From contig CM060731.1 in NCBI GenBank assembly GCA_030704615.1, positions 21,824,001-21,888,000 of the forward strand: DNA of 64,000 nucleotides, in the 5' to 3' direction. The notes under the pieces are model-generated. The model was not told the origin of the DNA and did not search any database. It saw only the letters and a program-made list of their open reading frames with translations. The stretch comes from Takakia lepidozioides (taxonomy: Eukaryota; Plantae; Bryophyta). The translations under genes were made by a program, and so were the position numbers. Positions 39,830 to 52,099 of the stretch are shown piece by piece. Positions within the stretch are counted from its first letter, which is position 1. Every line of letters starts with the position of its first letter.

Positions 39830-41273
39830 ACCTCACAGATGGACGTGATATTTGGTTCACACTCATGGAGTGTCATGATCTTCATTGCATATATCAGGGT
39901 GAAAGCATGCTAATGTGTACCACTGACACTCTTGAAAAGGACTAAATTTTGACTGCTGGCGCATTACCCCGCGGTGCGTGGACATGACATATTGCGATGA
40001 AAACGTGATAAAATTTACAGATGATAGTGGGCACCTCGACTCCATCCATTGGATGCTCGTACACCCTCTTGTACACCTCCAATTTTGCTCGTACACCGCT
40101 AATTTTGAGTTTACGATACTAACTCGACTTCCGTTTGCTACCATTTGTTTTCCCCTCATCGCATCCAAGCCGGGTTTGGTGTGTTTGATGCCTACTTCAG
40201 TGCTGCAGATGCTCGTATAATTTTTAGGAGTTTATTTGATATATTTTTAATTTTAAAACAATTTGCAATGAATGATACACTATTTGTAAGAACTCATTTT
40301 GGCCTCAAATTCAAAATTGGAGGACCTTGTAGCCATTTCAAGGACATGGCCTTCTTCCTTTTCAGTAGCTAAACACTTTTGGTGAAAGAACTATGTTTAA
40401 ATTTTGAGATTTAGTAGTACCAAAGTTTGGTGCCTCTAAGTTATGCATACCTCGTAGTAGAAAATTCCTATGATAATGGGTATTTCTGGTTTTGCAGGTC
40501 TACTATTCTTTTTGTATTCTTCCATACCTTACATAAGCACATGAAAATCCCTGATAGGACCTTCACATGTTATGAGTGTGAAAATGAGTCCTAAAGGACT
40601 ACAACATTTTGGGACATTTGAACCTTGTGCTATTCAAGACTGCTTTAGGACCCCTTAAACTTGTCAAATCACAAAACAATTTATATGGGCATGACAAGAA
40701 CTTCAAGGGCTTTCCAATGATATAATGTGTCTGTGGTTTCATACTGAACTCAATATCCTAAATTTGGATCGATTGCGCCATATGTGTTGGAAAACAATTT
40801 GTGACATCATTTTTGGGTCCTATTAGTGTGCTTTGACCCATCGGCTTGTTGTAGAGGTGGGGTATCGGCCACATGCACGTCATTTTGCACTTGCTGTGGA
40901 GTTACCAAGGCGACCTTTGGTCAAGTCACGTATGAGCATGCTATTTTACCCAATGACACCATTCTGTCTGTGGTGACTCAATATACTACTCGAGTGGACA
41001 CTTTTTTGGTGAGTTCCGATCATAAGTTTCAAACTCAAGATTTACATTGAATTTTTGGAACGTGATATCAAGTTGTATGACTATTCGATACATGTGGCAA
41101 GAATTGAACCCATGGCTTCAAGGGGTGCCAATTGATATGTCCATCATTCATCACCCATACGTATCGGAGCATTCACATGTGGTTGTTTTGCGAGACCGGG
41201 CAATGGACTGTATAAACGCATCGAAGGTATTTTGTCTTTGCTACACAGTCAAAGTTGTGTCACGGGTCTCGAG

Positions 41274-41553
41274 CAGTGTTTTTTTTTTTTTGGCGAAAAT
41301 TCGCCAAATGACGACCTCAAAACATTAACATGGAATATTCTGTCGTAAATTCCCAATTTTTTCGTGGATGAAATCGCCAAACTTCTTCAAGGAAACAAAT
41401 AATAATGGATGAATTCACCAAATGTGGATGATATAAATGGATGAAAATACATAGGAGGATGATTCTATCCAAATTTTCAATGGATGAACAAAATATATAA
41501 CTATTTCTTGTAGCCACTCGTGCTATTTTTCAAATTTAAGAAAAAAATCATTG
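41274..41553. mobile_element. hAT-type MITE
   Basis: Imperfect TIRs CAGTGTTTTTTT / AAAAAAATCATTG; 8-bp TSD GTCTCGAG (41266-41273) / GTCTAGAG (41554-41561). Confidence 0.7.
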
Positions 41554-41842
41554 GTCTAGAGCCGTTGTCCTGGTGTACTATCATTTAAATTTAAATTTCA
41601 TTTATGAGTCGGTATAGTCGTATCATTTAAGTTGATAAAATCTATTCACGTAGGTAACTCCGCCTCCGATGAGTGGACTAGCCTATTGTGCACGACATGC
41701 CATCATTCGTACTGTCTTGAAGATGATGCGACATCTGCAGAGGATAGCATGGGAAGCTGACAAGACAATGTCTCTTCGAGAAGGCTCTAGTCGCTTCATA
41801 CGTATTTACAAACTCTCGACGGTGAGATATTTTGGTTATTTT

Positions 41843-44800
41843 TGTCATGGACATAGCCCAAAAGAACTTATCAGGAGTAAATACCAGAAGTTACCAAATT
41901 ATCATGTTACCAAAAGTTACCACGATTTACCGATATCAAGTTACCGGAAGTTTATCAAATTACCGAGAGTAACTTGGGAAACTGCTAGAGAAGCTTCATT
42001 TGGAGGAAACTTCTCCATCAAGAAACCTCCATTGGAGAAGCTTCTTATAGAACTTCCTAGTAGCCAGTATATATAGGAGACGAAACTGGACACTCTTCAG
42101 TCTCGCCAACACAAGTTGAAGCTACTCTTGTTTCCAATCCTAGTACTCTAATCCAGTTTCCAGTATTCTAGTCCAGTTTCTAGTATCTGGTACTCCAGTC
42201 TAGTTTCCAATATTCCAGTATTCCAGTCGAGTTCCAGTATCTTGCACTCTTGTCCATTGTTATAAGATCATCTTGATTCATGTTTACTCATCAAGCATTC
42301 AGTCACGCCGACCTTGACTTCTTGTCTAGTCTTGTACTTCTAGTCTGATATCTTGTTTGTGTTCAGTCATGTTCTCGTCATTGACAGTTTGACGAAACTA
42401 AAAGTTTGTTATTTAGTTAGTTGAGATTTTAGGCCCATTTGCGGAAATGGTCGTCAACTTGTAGAGTCTTCAGTTCCAGATGCAAGAACTTCGTACCTCT
42501 ACCGCCCAATTACAAACTGATCAGTCTCAAGATCTTGGCAACGCTCTCCATTTGCAACAACAAATTTCAGAGTTAATCGAACAATGGATCTGCAACCATA
42601 CGAGTCCCTACTGCAACAGCTCATACTGCAACGGTTCATCTTCAACAGATTACGAGAGAACCAAAGATCAACATGCCCGAGAAATTTGATGGGACGAGAT
42701 CAAGATTTCGCGGTTTTGTTCAACAAGTACGACTGATCCTTCGACTACATCCACAACGCTACCCCGATGAAGGTATTCAAGTGGGGTTCGTGGGCACCCT
42801 TCTATCAGGCACTGCCCTATCTTGGTTTGCACTGCTATTAGAAATTTTTTTCGTATTTACTATATAATTTTGAAGCATTCATGTTCGAGTTCACTGCAAC
42901 GTTTAAAGAGAACGATAGAGAGAGAGTTGCAGAGACAAAGATGCGAAATCTTTGACAAAGAGTACGTCCTGCTTCCGTTTATGCTGCCGAATTTCGACAA
43001 CTTGCGTGCGACCTTGACTGGACTGAGAAGAGCTTCATAAGTCAGTTTCGATGTGGACTAAAAGACGATATAAAATATTTGTTGCTGACACTGCCAAACG
43101 TGAGCTTAATGAGTGAATTCATCACCTAAGTCATTGCATGCGATAATCGTTTGTTTGAAAGACGTAAAACGATCTGGATGGTCGACGACGCATCATGCCA
43201 CTGCTACTACGGCACCAAACATAATGATCCATCAGACATCCGGTAGTGATCCTATGCAGATTGATGTTGTCCGATTCAAGCCATTAACGCCACAAGAAAA
43301 ACAAAGACGGTGCTCGAATGGATTATGTCTCTATTGCAGAGAAGAAGATCACATAGCATTAAACTGCCCCAATAAGAGAAGATTCAAAGCTCGGGGCACA
43401 ACTCAAGTATTCGATACGAGGAGGTCGGAAAACGAAGATGTCCAGTCACAGTAGGGACCATGCGGCTGACACCACAAACTCCTTATTTGCAGCCAACTCC
43501 GTCTGGAATAAGTTATAGATTGGGCCGAATGGTGGTTGGGTTCTTTCTTGTAACTCAATTGCACAGTCATAATGTCCATGTTCTGGCAATATGTTTGCAT
43601 TTTTCTTCTCAAAGACATCTTTGAAATCTTGATATTGAGAGTGTAATGTTGAAGTACCTTTGTCTGTCTTGATCGGAGTCGCATAAAGTGTAAATGCCGC
43701 CTCCTTTTTGGTAGCTCTCATGAAAGTTCTAGCTCCAAGGAACAGGGGTTGAATACCTTTGATATTTCTACATTTTTGTCTTGTAGAAATTTTTCGCGAT
43801 CGCCAATCGATGTCGGGATTGTAAAGTACGAACCAGGAAAGTCCAAGGATCACAAGATTCGTTGGAGACTGGATGACGTTGAAAACAATATGTGATGCTT
43901 GATCTTTAAGCTTCACTTCAAGTGGTCGAGTTTCATGGTCTACATTTCCTGATGCTAACGGTCGTCCATCGATGACTTCAACGGGGGCCGATAGTTTCTT
44001 CTTTACGAGCGTTAAATTGTGTTGCTGCGCAAAGTTTTTATCCATAAAACAAGCTGAAACCCCTGAGTCCAAAAGTGCTTCTACAGAGATATCTCGATTT
44101 TGCACTCTGATTTTTACCGGAACTGTGAAGCAAGGTGCAAGGTCTGGAGGTAAAAAGAGACATTCCTTCGCAATGACTTCACCTCCATGGAGACCCGACT
44201 CACTAACTCAGTCACCCACCAGCAGACGATTGACTTAAGATGATCTTATAACCTTGTACGGATAAAAGAAGGAGACGAATGGAAAACAGCTTTTCGAATA
44301 AGGTAGTCGTTCTCGCAAATTTTCCGCTGCAGAGATCAATTATAAAATCCATGACAAAGAACTTCTAACGATCATCGATCCTTTTGAGGAGTGACGTCAT
44401 CTATTGGAGGGAACTAAACATCAGGTCACTGTCTACACCGATCACAGAACCTCGAATATTTTATGAGTGCTCGTGTTTTGAATCGACGTCAAACCAGATG
44501 GGGTATGTCACTAGTAAGGTTTGATTTTGTTATTACCTATCGCCCCGGACATCTTTAAGGGAAACAACTTTCGACCAACAGAAATCCATCATCTTGAAAC
44601 CAACAAATCTCCAGTTGAATATGCTATCCATGTCCACCTATGATGACGCAGAGATCATAAAGGAGATTCAGGAAGCACTGAAGAACGACCAATTTGCTAA
44701 AACATTACGAAGTCAACTGAATCAACCTCAAGACCACCCACATGTTACAAACGATTTCGAATTCAAAGATGATTTACTTTACTTCAAAGGACTTCTTTAC

Positions 44801-45053
44801 ATACCTCCAGGACCGATACGACTTCGAATTCTTCAAACAGGTCATGATCTTCCGGCTGCAGGACATTTCGGCTTCAACAAAACAATGGAATTGATATCCA
44901 GGGACTATTGGTGGCTGTAGATGTGGAAACTCGTGAAAGAATTTATAAAATCTTGCGACACGTGTGCTGGAGCGAGGGGCCACGACATCGACCTTACGGC
45001 CTTCTTCAACCATTACCCATTCCTAAGGGTCCATGGTCGTCTGTGTCTATGGA
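41843..45053 (+). mobile_element. Tcn1/Tf1-sushi-like chromovirus, decayed copy 2 (LTR 41843-42386, gag, inverted protease segment ~43487-44238, RT/RNaseH/integrase fragments)
   Basis: Clearly alignable to 14548-18010 (LTR, gag MPEKFDGTRSRFRGFVQQ, integrase GHFGFNKT); protease ALLDSG is read on the - strand; LTR TGTCA...TGACA. Confidence 0.88.
43427..43468 (+). promoter_or_regulatory. Putative -1 ribosomal frameshift signal at gag/pol junction (G_GAA_AAC plus H-type pseudoknot)
   Basis: The heptamer is in the correct phase in the gag frame, followed by a 6-nt spacer and stem GTCC/GGAC flanking the gag TAG; loop CAGTCACA pairs imperfectly with TGCGGCTG. The -1 frame is open. Confidence 0.6.
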
Positions 45054-46100
45054 CGAGGAAGTACGCGTCGCATTGTGGCCCATCGTCTCAAGAGCGGCGG
45101 CATGATGATGAAAATCGTGAAAGTTGGAACGGCTAGTCTGGTAGATGGGTAAGTGACAGCTCCAATGTATCTGGTTCCTGTAACTCCATGTTGTCAATAC
45201 AAGATGCAAGAGTGCTGAAAGTGTAGCTATATATACTGATGAGTGGTGCTCCTCCCTCCTTAGCGTGTATCAGGTACACTGAATGTGGAGTCTTCACCTT
45301 GAAGCTAACTTGACTGACATCATCGTAATAACGTTTTATTAGAGTTCATACTCTTGGAGCATAACAATTATCCAGGTTTGACTGTACATATAAGTCCTCA
45401 TATGCAAAGCTTACCAGACATTGCGCTGTCAATGCAGACACATGGTGCCCTCCATTTTTTGCTCATTATTTTGGACCAAGAACGAGTAAAAAACGAGTCA
45501 TGTCAATAAAAATAAGGGTCCCAAATTCTGGCCGGGGCTATTCCTAAAGGTTGATCCCAAGTTTCCTTAAAAAAAATAAAATAAAAAATGTTGAAAAGAA
45601 ATGATGAAACGGCCAATGGGGAGGGAGGGCACCCCGTGCAGTGAGGCCACGTGGGAGAGGGTAGCACAGAAGTAGGAAGGCGGTCCCTGCTTCTAGCTCT
45701 AGAGCTTTGTAGAAGTGGGATAGGCAGTGGCTCCAAGACCCCTAGAAACATCGTAGTTGTGGCTGTAGGAGTGGCAAATGGGGTGGAATAATACTAATAT
45801 TTAATATTTGACACCTCCTCAAGGAAGCATAAACTTTGGAGTCTCTTCACCCAGAAAGGTTACTGCCTTCATTTAGGAAGGTGGACACCTTCAGTGTTGG
45901 CCGGGTATTACATTTTGGGCATATTGAAGGGTCTGGGTAAAGCAACTTCATTTAAAGTGGTATGGATGCGGTTATATATAATGTAGTGTTTTTATTTTTT
46001 ATTTTTATTTATTTTTTAAATTTAAGCCATGTTTACTTTATTAAAGTAAGGAAAAAATAACCTTACAGATAGCCATACGGCGGAATAAGGAGGTAAGTAC

Positions 46101-47062
46101 CAGTGTTGGGCGGTTACCCGCCGAGACCCAGGTTAACCGCCGGTTCAGGTTCAGGTTAACCGGAACCGGGCCCATTCTTGCATAACCTGATCCGGAACCG
46201 GAACCTGCCAATGGGGATCGGCGCAGAACCGGCGGTTCCTGCTGGGTGTGAGAACCGGAGAACTGGGGCGCATGGGATAAAAACGGGTTCCGGTTCTTGA
46301 ACCCTTGGTGGGCCCTTGCATAACATGGCATAACACTGGAGAGCTGGTGGCCCAGGGCAAAACTTCCTTAATGCTCTCAAGCTCCTGAGATTCTGGGTTC
46401 AATGCTTGAAGGCCATGAGATTCTATGTTCAATGCTTCAGCGCCATGAGATCTTGGGTTCAGACACGAAGTAGAGATTCGACAGGAAAGTCGTTTCGATT
46501 CAATAAATTTGTACTAAATCGAGAGTAAAAGAGAGACACAGGATATGTCACTTACCTAGCACGAAGCACTCTACGAGGGTATACCATGTATAATTTTTCG
46601 GAAAAACTTGTTACGATAATATCTTTTTACGATTACCCAGTCAAAATACCAAAAAACCCCATTCACAATCTCCAGCTCCATGATATCTTGGCTAAGTTCA
46701 TTAATAAAATGTTTGAAGATGCCAATACTTTGCCAGATAATTGAATAGTACTTTCAACCCATAAAATTTTACCCATTTTTCTACCAGTTTGTTTAGAATA
46801 TTTTTGTTTGTTTTTTTGTGTTAGTGAAAACTAACAAAATCGTTGGATTCTAGTTCAAATATGTGAATACATTGCTATTTAATCTACCGGACTGATAAAA
46901 TATTTTAAATCTAATTAAATTAAACAAATGTATTTTAAAAATAGAACCGGAACCGATGTTTTTTATCAGCAACTAACCGGTAACCGGAACCGCCCCCATG
47001 TTTAAAAGTTGGATCCAAAACCGGACCAGAACCGGCTCAATAAAAAAAAACCGTCAACTCCG
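46101..47062. mobile_element. Probable non-autonomous hAT-like element with AACCGG/CCGGTT subterminal repeats
   Basis: Clusters of AACCGG/CCGGTT at both ends (46110-46300, 46945-47035) around an AT-rich core; the left end is CAGTGTTGG. The right TIR and TSD are not clean. Confidence 0.5.
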
Positions 47063-47085
47063 TGACCAAAACCCCAGGGACCTTG

Positions 47086-47945
47086 TTTTTTAATCTATCC
47101 ATGAAGAATAAATTGAACACCTCCCACAACAATTGGTTGCTGCAGATATAACCAGAGCCAAAACAGCTCTTAAAACTAATCTGAAAATAACCAAGTCTGA
47201 GAAGGAATCAGAGCAGCAAGGAAGAGGACCTGCCTACAAGAGCAGGGTGAACATGGAAGAAGGAAAACTAACATACGAGCATCTAGCTAGTCAAACAAGC
47301 TACATACTACCCCTTTTGCGCTTCGGAGCATCAAAGGATAGCTGAGCCTTTGATTTGCCTTTCCTAGAGATGCGCTTGTGCCTCCAATTGATCTCGGAGT
47401 CATCAGCTTCCAAGGGAGATTGTTTCAGATTAAAATTGTTGCCAGCATGTTGGGAAGCTGTCTGTCCATACCACCCGAGAGTCTAAAACTCTTCTATCAA
47501 AGATGCCAAATTTTCCCCATGAGTTGTCGAATGAGGTAAGCAGCTTGTTCCTCCTTGATTCACTACACTTGGGAAGAGCTATGACAATGACATACCACGC
47601 TTTGCGAGCCTTAGACACTAGTTCTGAATGAGTCCAATGCAACAATCTCTACAAACATGGACTCACATTCTGGAATACAATTGTACATCTCATCTTCCAC
47701 AAATTCCATAAAATGATCCCTCTTAACGACTCCCACACATGACAAGAGCAGAAGGTACTTCCCTCTTTAACATTCAGCAAAAGAGTAGAAGGACAGTAAG
47801 CAAGATTGGGGTTCCAAAAGGAGTTGAGAGAAAAAGCTTTCCTCCACACCGCCTGAGCGAAGGGGCATTCACTCTTTCAGGAGATTGCAGATTGCAAGAA
47901 GCACAAGTGATAGAAGAGGTCTTTCCAGACCAACTTCCAGGGTAT
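47086..47945 (-). mobile_element. 5'-truncated, decayed LINE (L1-like ORF2 C-terminus, zf-RVT-like region)
   Basis: - strand reads CASCNLQ...ECPFAQAVW...ILWNLWKMRCTIVFQN; short A-tail at ~47086-47091. Confidence 0.65.
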
Positions 47946-49372
47946 TAGAGGGCCCGGCAGATGAGACCATTTGCCGCTCCATTTGCGATCAAAGTTTCTC
48001 CCGAGTAACAGCAGCGAGTATCCTAATTTAACTACTCCGTGTTTTGAAAATTAAGTCGGTTTATATAACCACGCAAGCAAACAATTGAAAGTCCCAAATC
48101 TTGGCAAGGGTTATGTTTGAGGGTCCAAAGGTGGGAGCACCCAATGGAGGGCTAGCATTGGGGTGGGAGAAGGGTTTTGTTTTGGGTAGCTCACATGTAC
48201 AGGTAGCAAGTGTGGGAGTGGTGGGGGGGGGGGGTGGCGCCAGCCTTCTGGAAGGGTCGACATCCTGGGTGTGGGCTGATCGTAGAATATGCCCGGACGG
48301 ATATGTCAAATGAAAGAATATGCTTACGCCGATCCACTGGAGATGGATCAAGAGTGGATGTGTGTCGGACGCACATTCGTCACCCTCACGCGTTACACTC
48401 GAGAATCCACTCCAGACCAGCGCGCACAACACGATATCCTCGTTCTTTCCTGCACCACTCCATGCACCCCCTCACCCTCTCCCTCTTTATGAGCCACCCT
48501 TCCTGCTTACAACCTTCATCACCTCCTCATCATCTGCCCCTGCGCATGCATCGTTTCAGTTTCGAGCCCCAGCTCGCGGGTACGTAGCAAGCACCCAAAC
48601 ATCGAGTCGAGGTTTCACCCTGGTCATCTTGAAAAACATGATAAGCAAACTATTGTTCCTGGAGAATCGTCTCTTGCAAATGATCACAGACCGCTTCTGA
48701 TTCATTAAAACGTACTTGAACCCAGTACTGCTTCTCACATCTCGATTTATGAAAGGAATTGGAAAGTTCATCTTCTGAAAGTTGGTTCTTTGCGTCTAAG
48801 CTTTTACCACGAGAATTGACAAGAAATTTTTTAGCGACACACGAGTACAAAAGCTTGAGTGATGTAGTACAACCCTGGAACTGGTATTTAGCGATCTGCA
48901 GGTTCAGAACACAAAACAAATTGCACAAAAAGCTGCCCAAGTCCAAGAGTTTACTCATAAAACGCACCAGTTGGCGTTATGTTTCTTGAAGTATATAAGT
49001 CCAAATATAATTAGAAAGGGAGACCTAAGTACTTCTGCATATTCCTGAAGTAGCTGCGATCTTTTATTTTTCTCTCAAACACTGTAATTACAGGGACATC
49101 AAAGGATCTTCGGTCGGCAGCATTCCCTTGTACTGAACGAGACACGCGGGGAGACAACGCACTGAGCAGCTTATGGCGCCAGTTCTGATGCTGAAGCTGC
49201 AATACGCACAGGCTAACAATCAGTGGCTGTTGCTAACTCCTTGTACAAGACATGCAATCTCTCTTAACGTTCAGTTCAGGCAGTAAAGCTTGAGTAATTT
49301 GTGCAGGGGGGTGGAAACATCAATACAAATCAAGTTCAAGGTACGTTGCAGAGCTCATGAATGCGCTTCAAA

Positions 49373-49891
49373 TCATAACCAACTTCGGATAAGAGCAGAT
49401 CTGCCACATGATATAGTGTGCAAACAAAAGGTATTAGATGAGTACAAACCTGTCCAGGGAACCCACGGCCAAATGTACTTGGCGGGGCCAGCGTCCAGCT
49501 GTTCTCGATAGAATCCATCGGGTTTCACCCACCAAACGCACTGCCTACATGGCAGAGTGTAAAACCCCCATGGTCCCCTCCACACAGTGAATTTTGCATA
49601 ATGGTTGACCCACATGAACTCACACCAGAATCGTGTGGTACCAAATAAGTTCATGCGAAACTTAAAGTGGAAGTTCTGCCCAGGGTACAGCGGGCTGGTT
49701 CCAAGGTCGTTCTCCTTGGACCAGCAGTGAAGAATAACTGGTTCATCTGCGTTCATGAAGCTGAAGATGTCCACTGACATGACTTCTGTAACATCCCATG
49801 CCTGGCCAGGCATTGCGATCATCGCAACCAGAATGAGGGAAAAGGCCAATATCGAGGTGAACTTGCTCATCTTGTGGTGGTGCCGTGCCAT
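49373..49891 (-). CDS. Secreted S-protein homologue (SPH; plant self-incompatibility S1 family), single exon
   Basis: Signal peptide (FTSILAFSLILVAMIAMPGQA) followed by LHCWSKENDLG...FHFKFRMNLFGTTRFWCEF...CVWWVKPDGFY. Start at 49891 or 49870. Confidence 0.88.
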   Translation of the reverse strand: MARHHHKMSKFTSILAFSLILVAMIAMPGQAWDVTEVMSVDIFSFMNADEPVILHCWSKENDLGTSPLYPGQNFHFKFRMNLFGTTRFWCEFMWVNHYAKFTVWRGPWGFYTLPCRQCVWWVKPDGFYREQLDAGPAKYIWPWVPWTGLYSSNTFCLHTISCGRSALIRSWL

Positions 49892-52099
49892 GACTCCTTC
49901 TGTCCTGCGGGACGAAAGAATGTTAAATTGGTTGTGAGAATCCACTCCAAGGCATGGAATCAAGATCGAGGAGGCCCAACTGAGTTTCGCACAAGATTAA
50001 TTAAGAAGAGGTTTGCAATTTCATGCAGTTGCTCACCCATCGGTTGCTGCTGTGTTAGAAATAACTTCTGAGTTAACATTGACAATGGCCCAACGAGGGA
50101 AAGAAGGTTAGCAATTGGCTTCTTTGAACTCTGCCTCGCTTATCCTGCATGTTATATTCAAGACTACGCCGTAGAGAGTGAGGAAAGCCGGAAATTCCAG
50201 GAAGAAAGACCCAATGAGAAGTCACCTGACCCTTGCAAAGAAAACCTGCTCAACAGGAGGGAGGACTGAAGGATGCTCAGGAACTGCAGCAGAGGCAGGC
50301 CAGCTGCCGCGACCGATCGAGAACAGGGGTAAGGCAGACTTATATAAAACGATCCGTCAGGCGTGGAAGCGGAGATGCTAGATCCTGAATGAAATATCTC
50401 TTCTGGGAGAATATACTTGGACGGAATATAGTTTGGAGAGCATATCGGGCTGCTTGGGCGCAAAGATCGCTCTCGAGACCAAGACACTTACCAACCGGTC
50501 CGGATATCACTCTCCAGCACACACGACTCACTCCTGGACATATTCTAGAGCTGACACACCCTCCTGGAAAGTAATTTACAATGAAAGCTACCAAAGACCA
50601 CTTTGGTGCCAAAAGTAAGATTTCACCTGGTGTCAAGCAGCAGAATGTAGGGGAGGAAAGAATTGTTGCCAACAGATGTTGCAAACCTAGTTTTGTTGGA
50701 CAAAGTTTTGGCCAGCAGGATGTTTGTGGACAAACTAGAAATTTGCCAGTGTCTGGGTTGGCCATGTGGGATACTTGCGCCAATTGACATTACATCATTA
50801 ATTCAATCAATTGACGTTTAGCAAATGCCCATGGCGATCTGGGTGAATATTACAAGAGAAAGCCATTCTCCATTTTCACTACACTGACAATCCTCAGTAG
50901 CTCTAAGTAGCTCGAAACACCATGACAGGATGTGCTCTTGAAAGTGCAGTCACAGCCTTTGGTTGCAACTGTAACACAGATTGTGCAGGCTTGTGGTACA
51001 AAAAGGCCCCTCCATCATCACTGTGTCTTCTTGACTGGTACAAAGCCCTCGGAGTCCATTATGCATTGCCCACAATGAATATGTGGTCGACAAGTATAAC
51101 TGTTGGTCATTACAAACCTTTCACACAGCAACCCCCTCCCTTACATTACTCACCGTGCCCTCCCCACACTTGAGCAAGGGAAGCTACACAGCCACTCTGG
51201 ATCCCATATTGAGGGCGACAGACAATTACACATGAAGTATCAAACATGAGAGGGGGGCTTCCTATTCCTTAATCTCTGTCATAATGCCTTGAGCTGCATG
51301 CCCATTTTCCTGGCAGGAGTTCATGGATGGATACTCACACCTCTAATAATCCCATGTGGCTCTGAATATCCATGCCAAAAGTGAGGAATGGCAGCAAAGG
51401 CTCCGTCCTGCCATGAAGTTGAACCCATGATGTTGGTAGTATGCTGGTAGTGATGACCTTGATGCCATGCTATCTCCCAAAATTCCATGTCGAGACCCAG
51501 TACATCTAGAGTGGGGAAATCCACAGTGCCCACCATACAGAATCCCTGGCTCCATTTACTTGCCTTGCACACTCGACAGTCTTTGCTAGCTTCACAGCAT
51601 CAGATCCAGCAGTAAAGGCAGACAAAGTGGAAGAGTGTCCACACATCAGCACACCCAGATCTTCGACAGTTCCAAGAATATTTGCAACAAAAGCTGACAA
51701 CCTTCTTACTGCATGGATTCAGAGCACACTCATATGAATTTGAAGCAGTGTCCAGGTTCTCAACTCAGATTTTGGTGGAAAATGTCCCATGATAATGCAA
51801 AAATAGGGAGTTTAATAACTCCAACCCAATAAGGGTTCAGGGTAGAATCTGTACCTTAACCATCATGAACATACAACCAAATCAGAGAACAAATTCCTCT
51901 AGATAACAGACTTGCATGGATTTGGCCTGCTTCAAAACAAATGCACACTGAAACCTTGCCTTCAGGATTCAGGGTTACCACTTCCAAATGCCGTTCCTAT
52001 CTTCATGAGGGCAGACTTGCAAGGGAAGTGAACTGTTTGCCTCTTGAGAATCTTGCCACACAGTTCATAAACAAGAAAGTATCGATCCAGGTGATCCAA

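Noticed and set aside
39830-41270. Possible additional transposon or gene remnant
   Set aside because: No termini, TSD or protein motif could be identified by eye.
50100-51950. Short ORFs between SPH and kinase
   Set aside because: No recognisable domain or coherent exon chain; probably promoter or 3' UTR sequence.
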